Source: a virus
Strand: one strand, 5' to 3'
Length of the DNA stretch: 64,000 bases
Virus record (IMG/VR): IMGVR_UViG_3300045988_130225
Location: 32,001-96,000 of that record
Positions 20,928-31,114 of this stretch are shown piece after piece. The translations under genes were made by a program, and so were the position numbers. Within the stretch, counting starts at the first letter, position 1. The number at the start of each line of letters is the position of its first letter. The notes beneath the pieces are model-generated. The model was not told the DNA's origin. It searched no databases and saw only the letters and a program-made list of their open reading frames with translations.

Positions 20928-22205
20928 CTAAAACGCAGACACTAGCTTGACTTCTTTTTGTAATGTTAAATCTTCAGCTTCTATTGTTAAAACCAATACA
21001 TCAGACGTAGGTTTTATACAAGTTAAAGCATATGTATTATCTGATTTAGACAAAGTATAATATCCTTGTTTAACACCAGCTGCAGTTACAGTAATATCAA
21101 CATTTTGTTTAATGCCATTAATCATCAACATTGGTTCAAAAATTTGAACATTACCTTGACGTACTTGTGTGAAAACAGGTGTTATAACAATCTCTTTTTT
21201 CTCAGCTACAGTTTCTACCACAGTACATATTGCTTCGTCTTGTACTGTCTTGTACTGACTGGTAGCCACATGAAATTCAATTTTAGACCCCAACTCAACA
21301 TCAGCTGAAATCTGATAATTACCGTTTTCATCTATTGTCGCACTTTCAGACGGTACAGCCCACCATTGCAAAGGAATAGACAACTGCTCGTTGTCCCTCA
21401 TTACAATAGCTTGTAACCTACCGCTACCACCTTGTACCACTTCAAATTCACCATCTTGTATCATAATCGAAAAAGTATGTTCGTAACGATTAGCCACATT
21501 ATTTTCAATATCATCAGACGGTTGAATTTCATCAAGATATAAGTCTATATAAAGAATAGTAGTATCTTGGTCTATATAACTATTCTGCATATAATTATTA
21601 TACCCAGTAATCTTAAAAGGTCTACCGTTAAATATAAACCTTTTATTTTGTTTCCATTTAATTGTTTCCTTGTTTCCTTGCACTATCATTACAACATGAT
21701 TATCTGGGGTAACAATATCTTCCATGTACTTAGGTGAAGGTGATGTAGGTGTATAGTCCAAAATACAAGGTATTGATATAATATCACCAGTATTTTCATC
21801 TACATATTTTGCAAGATTATTACAACGTCTGACAACAACAGCCTCGGAAACACTGTTATAGTTGTCTGTAAATGTTGTAATCCAGAAATTATCGTCAAAT
21901 TGATATAATAATCCTCTAGTATTTCTATCAGAAGAACCATTTTCTTGAATAATATCCTTGAAAATTAACTTTCTGAAATCATCACCATTTTTACGTCCGG
22001 TGCTTGTTTCCTCTATGACATGGTTTATATAAACAGCTATAGGATTAAACTCAAAAGAACCTATTTCAGTTTCTTCACTCACATCATATTGCACAGTGGT
22101 ATTATCCCATTGAGAATCAACTGATGCTTGCATATCGTTTCTATACTTACTGTTAGGGGTCATAGCCAGACCCTCTAGGTAAGCACCATAATAAGTTAAT
22201 GCCAT
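20928..22205 (-). CDS. Head-tail structural protein
   Basis: 425 aa; MALTYYGAYLEGLAMTPNSKYRNDMQASVDSQWDNTTVQYDVSEETEIGSFEFNPI. Confidence 0.45.
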   Translation of the reverse strand: MALTYYGAYLEGLAMTPNSKYRNDMQASVDSQWDNTTVQYDVSEETEIGSFEFNPIAVYINHVIEETSTGRKNGDDFRKLIFKDIIQENGSSDRNTRGLLYQFDDNFWITTFTDNYNSVSEAVVVRRCNNLAKYVDENTGDIISIPCILDYTPTSPSPKYMEDIVTPDNHVVMIVQGNKETIKWKQNKRFIFNGRPFKITGYNNYMQNSYIDQDTTILYIDLYLDEIQPSDDIENNVANRYEHTFSIMIQDGEFEVVQGGSGRLQAIVMRDNEQLSIPLQWWAVPSESATIDENGNYQISADVELGSKIEFHVATSQYKTVQDEAICTVVETVAEKKEIVITPVFTQVRQGNVQIFEPMLMINGIKQNVDITVTAAGVKQGYYTLSKSDNTYALTCIKPTSDVLVLTIEAEDLTLQKEVKLVSAF

Positions 22206-22220
22206 GGCTATGTCCTCCTT

Positions 22221-22457
22221 TTATTTTACTAAATCTATTGCTTGAAAAATAGAAGCCTTTACCATATAATGTGTAGCTTCTGTTCCTAATTTGTTTAAAC
22301 CTCTTATGATAATAATAACTTGTTCGTTTATCTCGTTTTTCTTTACACCGTTTAACCAAACTAATAAGGTTTCTAAATATTTATAATAATCTTCTCTTGA
22401 AGTTTCATAAATACATAAAGCCTTATACAATTTCCCAATAATCAAATTCTTATTCAT
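22221..22457 (-). CDS. Hypothetical protein
   Basis: 78 aa ORF. Confidence 0.4.
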   Translation of the reverse strand: MNKNLIIGKLYKALCIYETSREDYYKYLETLLVWLNGVKKNEINEQVIIIIRGLNKLGTEATHYMVKASIFQAIDLVK

Positions 22458-22903
22458 TAAAACACCAACTGCAAATCTTTTATTTTGTCTATATTATCAT
22501 TCTGATAATCCAAACTATCTTGCTTTATCTTTTCTCTCATTCTATCCAGATATTCAGATTTAGCGTCCAGATTATTTGCTTCTGCATAATGTTTAAAGTC
22601 TGTATTAGTAAGGTGTAAATTAAATTGAGTAACATCATTAACATTGGTTTCAAACCAAGTGTATACAAACCAATCTGCTAAAATACTTTGTTCTTTCAAA
22701 GTTAATTCATTAGCAAATTCTCTAGTTTCCACATCATAATCAAGAGGTTGTAAACATTCAACAAATTTAGGTATAGATTTAATTAACATTCCATCAGTAT
22801 ATTTTTGAAAATCATCAGCACTTTTTTCATAAAGTTTATCCAATTTGTAGTCACGAATAATAATTAATGCTAAGTCTTTTATAGAATCAAAGGAAGTAGC
22901 CAT
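22457..22903 (-). CDS. Hypothetical head-tail module protein
   Basis: 148 aa ORF. Confidence 0.4.
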   Translation of the reverse strand: MATSFDSIKDLALIIIRDYKLDKLYEKSADDFQKYTDGMLIKSIPKFVECLQPLDYDVETREFANELTLKEQSILADWFVYTWFETNVNDVTQFNLHLTNTDFKHYAEANNLDAKSEYLDRMREKIKQDSLDYQNDNIDKIKDLQLVF

Positions 22904-22927
22904 AGTCTTTCACCTCCTTTTCATTAA

Positions 22928-23590
22928 TTATTCAGCTTCGATTCCAACAAAATCAATTCCAGTAAGTTCACCAAGTTTAACCAGAACATTTGCATCTACA
23001 TCAATTCCTTGTAAACGCTTATTCTTAATCATTTCTACAATGGTTTCTTTCTGACCTCTTGGAGCCATATTATAAAGGTCAATGATTTTATTTGCATCAT
23101 TCTTGAAAATATTCTCAATGACATCTGGTGGTAACATCTTATTATATTCAGACGTTTTTCTTAATTTCTTAACAACTTCTTCGTCAGCGATATAGAAATA
23201 TCCCTCATTAGCAAATCTCTGATTGTGCTGTACAATATCTTTCAAATCACCAAATGGAATATCCATAATCTGTCCAAAATCAGTAAAGGTGTAAATATTT
23301 CCTTGACCTCTACCTTGTGTTGCTAAGTTTAATTCGCCTTGACACATACTTACAACTGGTACTTCAACTTCGAGGTAGTTGTAAAACCTATCGTTACCAG
23401 ACGGTACAGACTGGGCAACTCCTTGTGTCTTAACCTTCCCCTCTAAGTCATTAAGTCTGTTCATAAGTGCTTCAAATTGCTCTGTACTAAGTGTTACCGT
23501 ATTAGCAGATTTTTCTTCTACGTTTTCTGTTACAGTTTCCTCAACAATAGGTGCTGTAGCAGTCTTTTTTGCTGTTTTTGCGGTTGCCAT
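22928..23590 (-). CDS. Hypothetical virion-module protein
   Basis: 220 aa ORF, downstream of the capsid gene. Confidence 0.4.
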   Translation of the reverse strand: MATAKTAKKTATAPIVEETVTENVEEKSANTVTLSTEQFEALMNRLNDLEGKVKTQGVAQSVPSGNDRFYNYLEVEVPVVSMCQGELNLATQGRGQGNIYTFTDFGQIMDIPFGDLKDIVQHNQRFANEGYFYIADEEVVKKLRKTSEYNKMLPPDVIENIFKNDANKIIDLYNMAPRGQKETIVEMIKNKRLQGIDVDANVLVKLGELTGIDFVGIEAE

Positions 23591-23697
23591 ATCGTTTCAT
23601 TCCTTTCATTCATTTTATTCATTAAAAAAGAAATGCCAAGAAAGCATAAAACTTCCTTGGCATTTTTATGCTTAAGTCTTAAAAAGACCAATTAAAA

Positions 23698-24807
23698 TTA
23701 GTCAAGTTTAACTAAACCAGCAGTTGAGTTAGTAATAAGTTCACATGCCCAACTCTTATTAATAGTAGTGTTAGATGTAAGATTTGCGTTATCGTAGTAG
23801 TTATTTCCATTGCTGAGTTGAGTACCTTCAATTACCATTTTAACTAACTTATCTGTAGACGGAGATACAACATAAATCTTCTTATCATCAAGTGCCAGAG
23901 AATACTTAGAGTAATCACCAGTAGCGACCTGTGGCAGAACCATAATGTCATAGTCAAAGAAGTTCTTGATAAGCTGAATACTCTGGGAGTTACTATCTGT
24001 TACGATTCTGTAACCATTAGCGGCGTTTGGAATAATCTTAGATAATGCAAGTGCAGTACCTACGATTACAGCCTTATCACCCTGATTATAAGCGGTTACA
24101 GTCTGACACAGACCAAGCAGAGTGTCCTGTGTATAACCAGTCTTAACTAAAGCCGTAGGATAAGTAGCCGCAGTTAAACCTGCGTTCAGTGCATTGTAAG
24201 CGTCCAGAGAGAAAGCAGTTTCCATAGAACGAACAGCGGTTCTTACAAACTCAGCTAAATTCTCCTTGCCTGCTAGAGCCTTATACAGAGAAGCGTAAAC
24301 AGTGATGTTGTGGTTTACTGGATTAAGGGTCTTGTTTGCACTAAACTGTTTCTGACGAATAGTAGTTCTCTGACCATGTGCGCCAGTAGAAACAGTCATT
24401 AACGCTCTTGGCTTAATCTCAAACTGTGCAGAATCACCCCAAGCAACATTACGAACTTCGGTATACACTCCAACAGAACGAATAATGGTTTCTGGTAATA
24501 CTGCCTGAATCAGCATATCAACAACAGCAAAAGCTGCCCACTGCATCATTGGATTAGCAACTAAATGCATAGGCTGAATATCTTCTGGCAGATTACAACC
24601 TGCAAATCTCTGAACTTCACCTAAGAAAGACTTGTTAATCTTATCTTCCTTTTCACTCAGAGAAACAGAATTATCAAAATCACCTAATTCTTTTTTGTTT
24701 ACCTTAGACATGTAATGGAAATAATAATCTCTGAATCTGTCAACAAATTTTAAAGTGTCCTCATTACCGTTAGAGAACTTAATAATGGATAAATCCTTAA
24801 TAGCCAT
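23698..24807 (-). CDS. Major capsid protein
   Basis: 369 aa; size, synteny after protease/scaffold gene, capsid-like GYTQDTLLGLCQTVTAYNQGDKAVIVGT...YDIMVLPQVA. Confidence 0.7.
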   Translation of the reverse strand: MAIKDLSIIKFSNGNEDTLKFVDRFRDYYFHYMSKVNKKELGDFDNSVSLSEKEDKINKSFLGEVQRFAGCNLPEDIQPMHLVANPMMQWAAFAVVDMLIQAVLPETIIRSVGVYTEVRNVAWGDSAQFEIKPRALMTVSTGAHGQRTTIRQKQFSANKTLNPVNHNITVYASLYKALAGKENLAEFVRTAVRSMETAFSLDAYNALNAGLTAATYPTALVKTGYTQDTLLGLCQTVTAYNQGDKAVIVGTALALSKIIPNAANGYRIVTDSNSQSIQLIKNFFDYDIMVLPQVATGDYSKYSLALDDKKIYVVSPSTDKLVKMVIEGTQLSNGNNYYDNANLTSNTTINKSWACELITNSTAGLVKLD

Positions 24808-24858
24808 AAGTCTAAAATCCCCTTTCTAATATATACTCAATTATATACCCAATCAAAA

Positions 24859-25407
24859 TTACTGAACTCTTTCAAGAATCCAACCTGCTTCGCTATCAGT
24901 ACCAATAGCAAAAGGCATAGCTTTGCGAATAGCAAATCTTAAACCAGTATAAGCACTTGTAGCTTCTGCAATAGCTTTCCAACCAGTACCTGCGGTATAT
25001 TCTACAAACTTAGCTGTAGCACCAATGGTTGCAGGGTCTTGTGCGCTTGCGAAGAATGGTGTAGAAATTTGCACACAGTCACCAATCTGTACAGAAAATA
25101 CATCAAATTCTACATTCTTAACATTGGTGTAATTTCTTGGGTCAACACTAATACCTTTGTACAGTAAAGTACCATCAGCAAGTACGTTTACTTCTGGAGC
25201 GCAAGCCATCCAATACTGAGCGTGTTTACCTGCATCACCTAAAGGGGTAGCTGTCCATACAAATTCCTTACCTGCTGTTTCACTAAAACCATTTTCAAGA
25301 GTAACTACAGTACCGTTCATAACATCTTCACTACAAATAGCACTACGATTATAAGCGTCTACGTTATCAGCCGCAATTCTGGATAAAACTAAAACTGTAT
25401 TAGCCAT
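24859..25407 (-). CDS. Possible head decoration protein
   Basis: 182 aa between capsid and protease/scaffold. Confidence 0.4.
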   Translation of the reverse strand: MANTVLVLSRIAADNVDAYNRSAICSEDVMNGTVVTLENGFSETAGKEFVWTATPLGDAGKHAQYWMACAPEVNVLADGTLLYKGISVDPRNYTNVKNVEFDVFSVQIGDCVQISTPFFASAQDPATIGATAKFVEYTAGTGWKAIAEATSAYTGLRFAIRKAMPFAIGTDSEAGWILERVQ

Positions 25408-25441
25408 ATTCTAATTACCTCACTTTTCTTATTATTTTTTA

Positions 25442-27208
25442 TTAATCAGCCCATAAACCAGTATTTTTATTTGTTTCAACAGGTGAACCCATACGCCATA
25501 ATCCCTGTCTTGATTTATTAGACTTTTTACTTGCTTCAAAAGCTACACTCTTAACCTTGTTCTTCCAACCGTCTAATTCAGACATCTTACAAAGTTTTCC
25601 CTCACACTCAAACTTTTCAAATTCGTCTTTGTCAACAAAATTTTTAACTTCTTCAAGTGTCTTTGCAACTTCCATTTCTACAGATTTCTTTTCTGTATCT
25701 TCTTTGAACTTTCTCAATTCACCAAGTTCTGTATCTTTCTGCATGATAATATTGTCTTTATCCTCTAAATCTTTTGCTAACTTAGCGTTCTTTTCAGCTT
25801 CTTTTTCAAGCATTTCACAATAAGCAGAAGCATCTACATTAGCATCTGTGGAAAGCTTTTTAATGAAATCTACACATTCAGACATAGTAATTGCCTTGTC
25901 CTGTTTTTCTTCCATTTTAGCTTTTTCTTTATTATCTTCATGTTCATCATCATCTGCTTTTTCTTCCATTTTCTGAACTTTATCTTTCTTTACAGTGTTC
26001 CACTTAATATCAGCAGAAACCTTTTTATCGTCTTTACTAACTTTAACATCAGCTTCAACACGATACCTTTCATCACCTTTAGTATAAATAATATGGTCTT
26101 TTTCTACGGAATCAACATAGACATCTTTACCCTCATGGTCTTGAACCTTAGCAATAATATCACCCCATGCTTTTCTTCCTTCAATTTCAAATTTCTGTTC
26201 TTGCATAGTTTTACTTTCCTTTCCTTTACTCTCTTTATTATCGTCATTATCTTCAATATCAAGACTTTTATAAATCTTTTCAATTTTAGACACAACATCA
26301 GTTTCATTTTCAGCTTTAGCGTAACCTAAAGCAGAACTTAAACCATTACGATTATATACTAAAGTATCACCTTTAAACTGCATAACTGGATATTTCAGCT
26401 TATCAGATGGTGCGTCTTTCCAACCATTTTCTACTTTCATGTATACATCTTTAACGAGAGTATCAGCATTAGAAGCATCAATAATTTTCTTATAAAGTTC
26501 AGTTTTATCTACTTCACCCCATGGTGTATCTACCATAGAATCCTTAGATTTATCTACTTTATATGTTTTCTTTTCCATGTTTACCCTCCTTTCTTTTGCG
26601 AATTTCTTTAATTCAGATAAACTATTACTTTTGCAATTTTCGTAAAATTTATTAGCTTTTTCTTCAAACTTTACCAATTTTGCATTTGCTCCGGGACTAC
26701 TTGGATTTATCCTTTTGCCCAGAACAGTTAAACCTACGATACAAAAATTGGAAATCAAATTATTATCAACTTCACCGTTTTCCAATTCTGTGCCTACGGT
26801 CAACATTTCCACTGATACGCTTCTGCGATTATCGTTATATTTAAACATATTATACACATCTTCTGCATAAATCTTAGAAATAACAAAATCACATATTGCT
26901 AAAAGATAGCCGTCTTTATCATATTCAAAGCGAATATCTTGATTTTCAGGTATTCTTCCAGATATGCACTCGTCAACCGTATGACCTTCACCATCTTTTG
27001 TATAAGGATTTACCTTACACACAAGCCATTTACCCTTTATTGTATCAGCACAATTTCTTAATACTTCTTCTGAAATAATTAACCCATGGGTATTAGGTCT
27101 TGTACTCAGAAAAAGTGTAGTTCCATAGGCAAATTCTGGGTCATCATCATCAACAAATTTTTCAATAACATCTACTGAAAAATTTCGTTTAATCTGTTTT
27201 ATTTCCAA
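25442..27208 (-). CDS. Prohead protease fused to charged scaffold-like region
   Basis: 588 aa; N-term protease-like HGLIISEEVLRNCADTIKGKWLVCKV...RSVSVEMLTV, C-term long K/E coiled coil. Confidence 0.65.
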   Translation of the reverse strand: MEIKQIKRNFSVDVIEKFVDDDDPEFAYGTTLFLSTRPNTHGLIISEEVLRNCADTIKGKWLVCKVNPYTKDGEGHTVDECISGRIPENQDIRFEYDKDGYLLAICDFVISKIYAEDVYNMFKYNDNRRSVSVEMLTVGTELENGEVDNNLISNFCIVGLTVLGKRINPSSPGANAKLVKFEEKANKFYENCKSNSLSELKKFAKERRVNMEKKTYKVDKSKDSMVDTPWGEVDKTELYKKIIDASNADTLVKDVYMKVENGWKDAPSDKLKYPVMQFKGDTLVYNRNGLSSALGYAKAENETDVVSKIEKIYKSLDIEDNDDNKESKGKESKTMQEQKFEIEGRKAWGDIIAKVQDHEGKDVYVDSVEKDHIIYTKGDERYRVEADVKVSKDDKKVSADIKWNTVKKDKVQKMEEKADDDEHEDNKEKAKMEEKQDKAITMSECVDFIKKLSTDANVDASAYCEMLEKEAEKNAKLAKDLEDKDNIIMQKDTELGELRKFKEDTEKKSVEMEVAKTLEEVKNFVDKDEFEKFECEGKLCKMSELDGWKNKVKSVAFEASKKSNKSRQGLWRMGSPVETNKNTGLWAD

Positions 27209-27440
27209 TGAACTCCACTCTCCTTTCTTTTAATATTCCATGAGTTTCGCTCAATTTCATATACTTATCTACAAATTTCTTATCAATCTTATAATAAGTT
27301 GCTTCTCTATCCATATACATAGGCATAAGACCATTTTCTTGTAACAACAAATTCTCTTGTGAATTGGTTACTCGCCAATAGTCTGTATCATTTAAAGGTG
27401 TACTACGAAAAATCATAATTTCACCCCTTTGATACCCCAT
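27189..27440 (-). CDS. Hypothetical protein
   Basis: 83 aa ORF. Confidence 0.4.
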   Translation of the reverse strand: MGYQRGEIMIFRSTPLNDTDYWRVTNSQENLLLQENGLMPMYMDREATYYKIDKKFVDKYMKLSETHGILKERRVEFIGNKTD

Positions 27441-27919
27441 TTGCTAATATTAAAATCGAACTTATCAAAATCTGTAGGCATTTGTTGTGCTTTATCATTT
27501 AATGTATTTACTTGTCCCATAATGATATTGTATTTTCTAAATAATCTATACATATCGGAAGTTACGTTTCTATCCCTATGAGCAATAGCAATGTCTACTA
27601 CTTTATTCATAATTTCATAAACTTCGCTAAACTCTTTTAAGACCGTAGAAAACATATCAGATAAATTAGAATAATTTCTATCATCTTTATGGACTTCTGG
27701 GCGAATAGAAGATAAATTATAATTATCTTTAATTTCACTCACAACATCTGCAAGCAAAGGCATAGTATGACTTATGTTAAGATGTACAATTTCTCCTGCG
27801 TTTGGCATAGAAAAATCGTTTAGCATAACAGAAGCTACTCTATCCAAAGTTGCGTTCAAATCAAAAAACGCTCCATACAGCACGTCTAACGCTTCACTTG
27901 TTTCTTCATGTATCAACAA
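27413..27919 (-). CDS. Hypothetical head-module protein
   Basis: 168 aa ORF. Confidence 0.4.
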   Translation of the reverse strand: MLIHEETSEALDVLYGAFFDLNATLDRVASVMLNDFSMPNAGEIVHLNISHTMPLLADVVSEIKDNYNLSSIRPEVHKDDRNYSNLSDMFSTVLKEFSEVYEIMNKVVDIAIAHRDRNVTSDMYRLFRKYNIIMGQVNTLNDKAQQMPTDFDKFDFNISKWGIKGVKL

Positions 27920-27938
27920 ATCAACTCACCGTTACTGA

Positions 27939-29372
27939 AAACTTATAAAAAGTTATAAACTTTTATGTTTCATTCCTACTTCAACGAGTATGCTTTCATA
28001 ATTATTTCTAATATACTACTCACAAGTTCTTGCACTCTCCATAGGCGTAAATTCCGAACTAACGTATTCGTACATATTTATATCAACCTGAAATGCTATG
28101 ATACAGATTGATTTAAAACATTTTCTCCATATCTTTTAAGATTTAAAGATGCTTGATAATCTCTGTCAATCATATTACCGCAATCACATTTATAAACACG
28201 GTCTGATAATTTTAAATCTTTTTTAATTTTGCCACAACAACTGCATAATTTAGAACTAGGAAAAAACCTATCAGCAACTATTACAGTAATATTATTCCAT
28301 TTACTTTTATATTTAATTTGCCGTCTAAACTCATAAAATCCTTGCTGTTGTATAGCTTTGGATAAATGTTTATTTTTCATCATACCTTTTACATTCAAAT
28401 CTTCAATACAAATAAAACTTGGTTCTCGCTTTATAATTTCAGAAGTTATTTGATGTAAATAATTCTTGCGAATATTTGTTAGTTTATGATTTACTTTTAA
28501 AAGTTTCTTTTCGCTTTTTACAATGTTACTTGTTTTACAATAACTATCTCCTTTCTTGTTTTTTAAATATTCCCTAGAAACAGAACGCTGTAACCTACGT
28601 TTTTTCTTCTCTAACTGTTTTATCTTTTGTGATTTATTTATATTTTGATATTTATAATTATTAGAACAAATAGCTAAATCTTTAATTCCTAAATCAATAC
28701 CAATTCCTTCTTTATTAGGAATATTTACACTATCTGGATATTCTACACCAACTGTAATCCACCAATTTAATCCGTCAAATTTAATTCTAGGATTATAATA
28801 TTTACAATCTGTCGGTATACGATTACGTTCAGCAAGTCGTATCCAGTTTAATTTCTGCTTATTTTTCTTTTTAGATTTTGTAAATCCTTCAACTTTTACA
28901 TGAGTTTCAGAAAATTGAATTTTTACACTATCTTGGTAAAAGGAGGGTGTAGATTTTTTTCTGTTTTTAAATTTAGGAAAGTTTGTCAAGCCTTTAAAAA
29001 ATTTCTTATAAGCATCACAAGCATCTTTAATAGCTTGTTTTGTGACATTGTTAGAAATATCATTTAACCAGACATATTTCTGTGTATGTTTCATTTTTGT
29101 AAATTCTTTTCGCAAATCCGTATCAGATAGAAATTTACCACCATTTTTATAATTTTCTTGTTCTCTTGCTAATGCCCAGTTATAAGCAAATCGAGCAGTG
29201 TAAGCATACTGAAGCAATTTTGTCTTTTGTTTATTGTTTGGAATTAACATTACTCGAATCGTTTTTAACACATTGTTCGCCACCTTCATCTATAAGTTCT
29301 TTTACAAATTTCTTTGCTTTGTCTTATAAAACTTATAAAAATCAACATTCAATTATAACTTTTTATAAGTTT
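27939..29372 (-). mobile_element. TnpB-containing element (no TnpA), flanked by 20-nt inverted repeat
   Basis: AAACTTATAAAAAGTTATAA at 27939..27958 and its exact reverse complement at 29353..29372 bracket the tnpB ORF. Confidence 0.55.
28096..29289 (-). CDS. tnpB: TnpB RNA-guided nuclease
   Basis: 397 aa; GIDLGIKDLA, ICIEDLNVKGM, CSCCG...CDCG, IDRDYQASLN: RuvC D/E/D present. Confidence 0.9.
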   Translation of the reverse strand: MKVANNVLKTIRVMLIPNNKQKTKLLQYAYTARFAYNWALAREQENYKNGGKFLSDTDLRKEFTKMKHTQKYVWLNDISNNVTKQAIKDACDAYKKFFKGLTNFPKFKNRKKSTPSFYQDSVKIQFSETHVKVEGFTKSKKKNKQKLNWIRLAERNRIPTDCKYYNPRIKFDGLNWWITVGVEYPDSVNIPNKEGIGIDLGIKDLAICSNNYKYQNINKSQKIKQLEKKKRRLQRSVSREYLKNKKGDSYCKTSNIVKSEKKLLKVNHKLTNIRKNYLHQITSEIIKREPSFICIEDLNVKGMMKNKHLSKAIQQQGFYEFRRQIKYKSKWNNITVIVADRFFPSSKLCSCCGKIKKDLKLSDRVYKCDCGNMIDRDYQASLNLKRYGENVLNQSVS

Positions 29373-29430
29373 ATAATCATTGTTATTCACCTCTTTCAAC
29401 CAGTGTTACTCACTGTTACTAATCAGTACC

Positions 29431-31044
29431 CTATTGATTTCGTGACCGTTCAGCAGAATCAGAAATGGCTTCTTCACTTTGAGGTCTACCAACTTGTCCA
29501 CTACCCCCACTCATGGTATGAATAGACAAAAGTTGTGATAAATTGTCTAAGAAATCACTATTATGTGCTTCTTCCAACATTCTCTCAAAATCCATAGGTT
29601 TATATCCAAAAGCAGACGCATAAGCACTTGAATTAAGTACCATACCCACATCTGCTAATTTCATAATAGCATCTTGCTTCTTTTTACGCCAAAATGGTTG
29701 TGTACATCCATCAAACGTAAACTTAAACTTAAATTGTTTAGTTTTCTGATTAGCATAGAACTCTAAGAAATTGTTAAATTGAGTATATAATTTAGCCACA
29801 ATCTCATAATCAGCAGTAATAGCCGCTTGAAGTTCTTCGTTTGACATTCTATCCGTAGCGTAAATTAAACGGCTTGCAGAACTACCATATCCCACTGTAT
29901 CTTTAGCGGCAGTAGTAGCCATATCTGTGTTTTTATCCTCAAACTGTTTAAATTCAACTTCTTCAAGAGGTAAAGCAATAGAACGAACAATTTTATCTTG
30001 TGTCATAGAGTTTTTCAATCCACTAGCGACAAGTTTCATTAATCGTCCTAATGTACTTGGTTTGACTGCAAACCTATCAGCAACCTCACCAGATTTTGCA
30101 GAATCTTGCATTTTCATCTCACCGTAAAGTATACCAAAAGCACTGGCAATATCTTTATTTTTTTGTAACTTTGCAATCTCTGTGTTATTGAAAACATTCT
30201 TTAAATACGGAGCCATAAAAGGAACACTTGCAAAATTACTTGTGTCAAACTTGAAAGCCCAGAAACCATCATTAGGACTTGTCTGGTGATAAAGAGTAAA
30301 AGTACCATCACGATTACTTAAGCCGTTTGACGGAATATAATCTTTAAAATCTTTACCGTCCCATACTTCTCTAAGGTATTTTTTAAACACAGGAGCATAG
30401 CAATCTATATCTACACCTTGCATACCAATAAAGTACATCATGTCGAAGTCGAATAATAAGCCACTTTCAAAATAACCAGTTAAGATACATCTATCTTGTG
30501 GCAATGTTTGTAGAGCATATTTAGGATTGTTTCTATCCATGTTTGTTCTAAAACTTGTATAGTGTACTTCATGTCTTAAAAGCTGTTTTACAACTTTTTT
30601 AAATTCACCTTTGTAATCAAAATTATCAAGGAATTTATAAATTCTTGCTTTATCAGCTTTATAATTATCAGACTTATAATCTTCTTTCTTAGCGTTTTTA
30701 CAAGTAATTTGCAAATCAAAAGAAAGGAGATTTGTGTAGTATTCAATAGTTCTGTTATAAATCATATCGAATACTTCCATAAACTCACTATAAGCCTGTA
30801 AGTTTGTAGCACCAGTTTTATACTCGCTTAAAGCCTTTATAATATCGTCATATTTTGGAATCTTAGCATTGTTGTTAAGATTAACCAAATTCTGATTACT
30901 TAACCATGGACTATATACTCCAAAACTATCCAATCCATATAAACTCTGAGCAAAACTTACTACATCATAAACCTGTTGTTCTGATAACATAACAGGTTCT
31001 TCTACTTTAGGAGTTAATCTTTGACTATTTTTCGTAGTTCTCAT
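29431..31044 (-). CDS. Portal protein
   Basis: 537 aa downstream of TerL in transcription order; portal-like SLYGLDSFGVYSPWLSNQNLVNLNNN. Confidence 0.65.
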   Translation of the reverse strand: MRTTKNSQRLTPKVEEPVMLSEQQVYDVVSFAQSLYGLDSFGVYSPWLSNQNLVNLNNNAKIPKYDDIIKALSEYKTGATNLQAYSEFMEVFDMIYNRTIEYYTNLLSFDLQITCKNAKKEDYKSDNYKADKARIYKFLDNFDYKGEFKKVVKQLLRHEVHYTSFRTNMDRNNPKYALQTLPQDRCILTGYFESGLLFDFDMMYFIGMQGVDIDCYAPVFKKYLREVWDGKDFKDYIPSNGLSNRDGTFTLYHQTSPNDGFWAFKFDTSNFASVPFMAPYLKNVFNNTEIAKLQKNKDIASAFGILYGEMKMQDSAKSGEVADRFAVKPSTLGRLMKLVASGLKNSMTQDKIVRSIALPLEEVEFKQFEDKNTDMATTAAKDTVGYGSSASRLIYATDRMSNEELQAAITADYEIVAKLYTQFNNFLEFYANQKTKQFKFKFTFDGCTQPFWRKKKQDAIMKLADVGMVLNSSAYASAFGYKPMDFERMLEEAHNSDFLDNLSQLLSIHTMSGGSGQVGRPQSEEAISDSAERSRNQ

Positions 31045-31114
31045 CTCCTTTCTTCAAATATTTTTATTTAAAGGCAGTCAAATCATAGCAGTTGATAAGA
31101 CCGCCTATATACAC

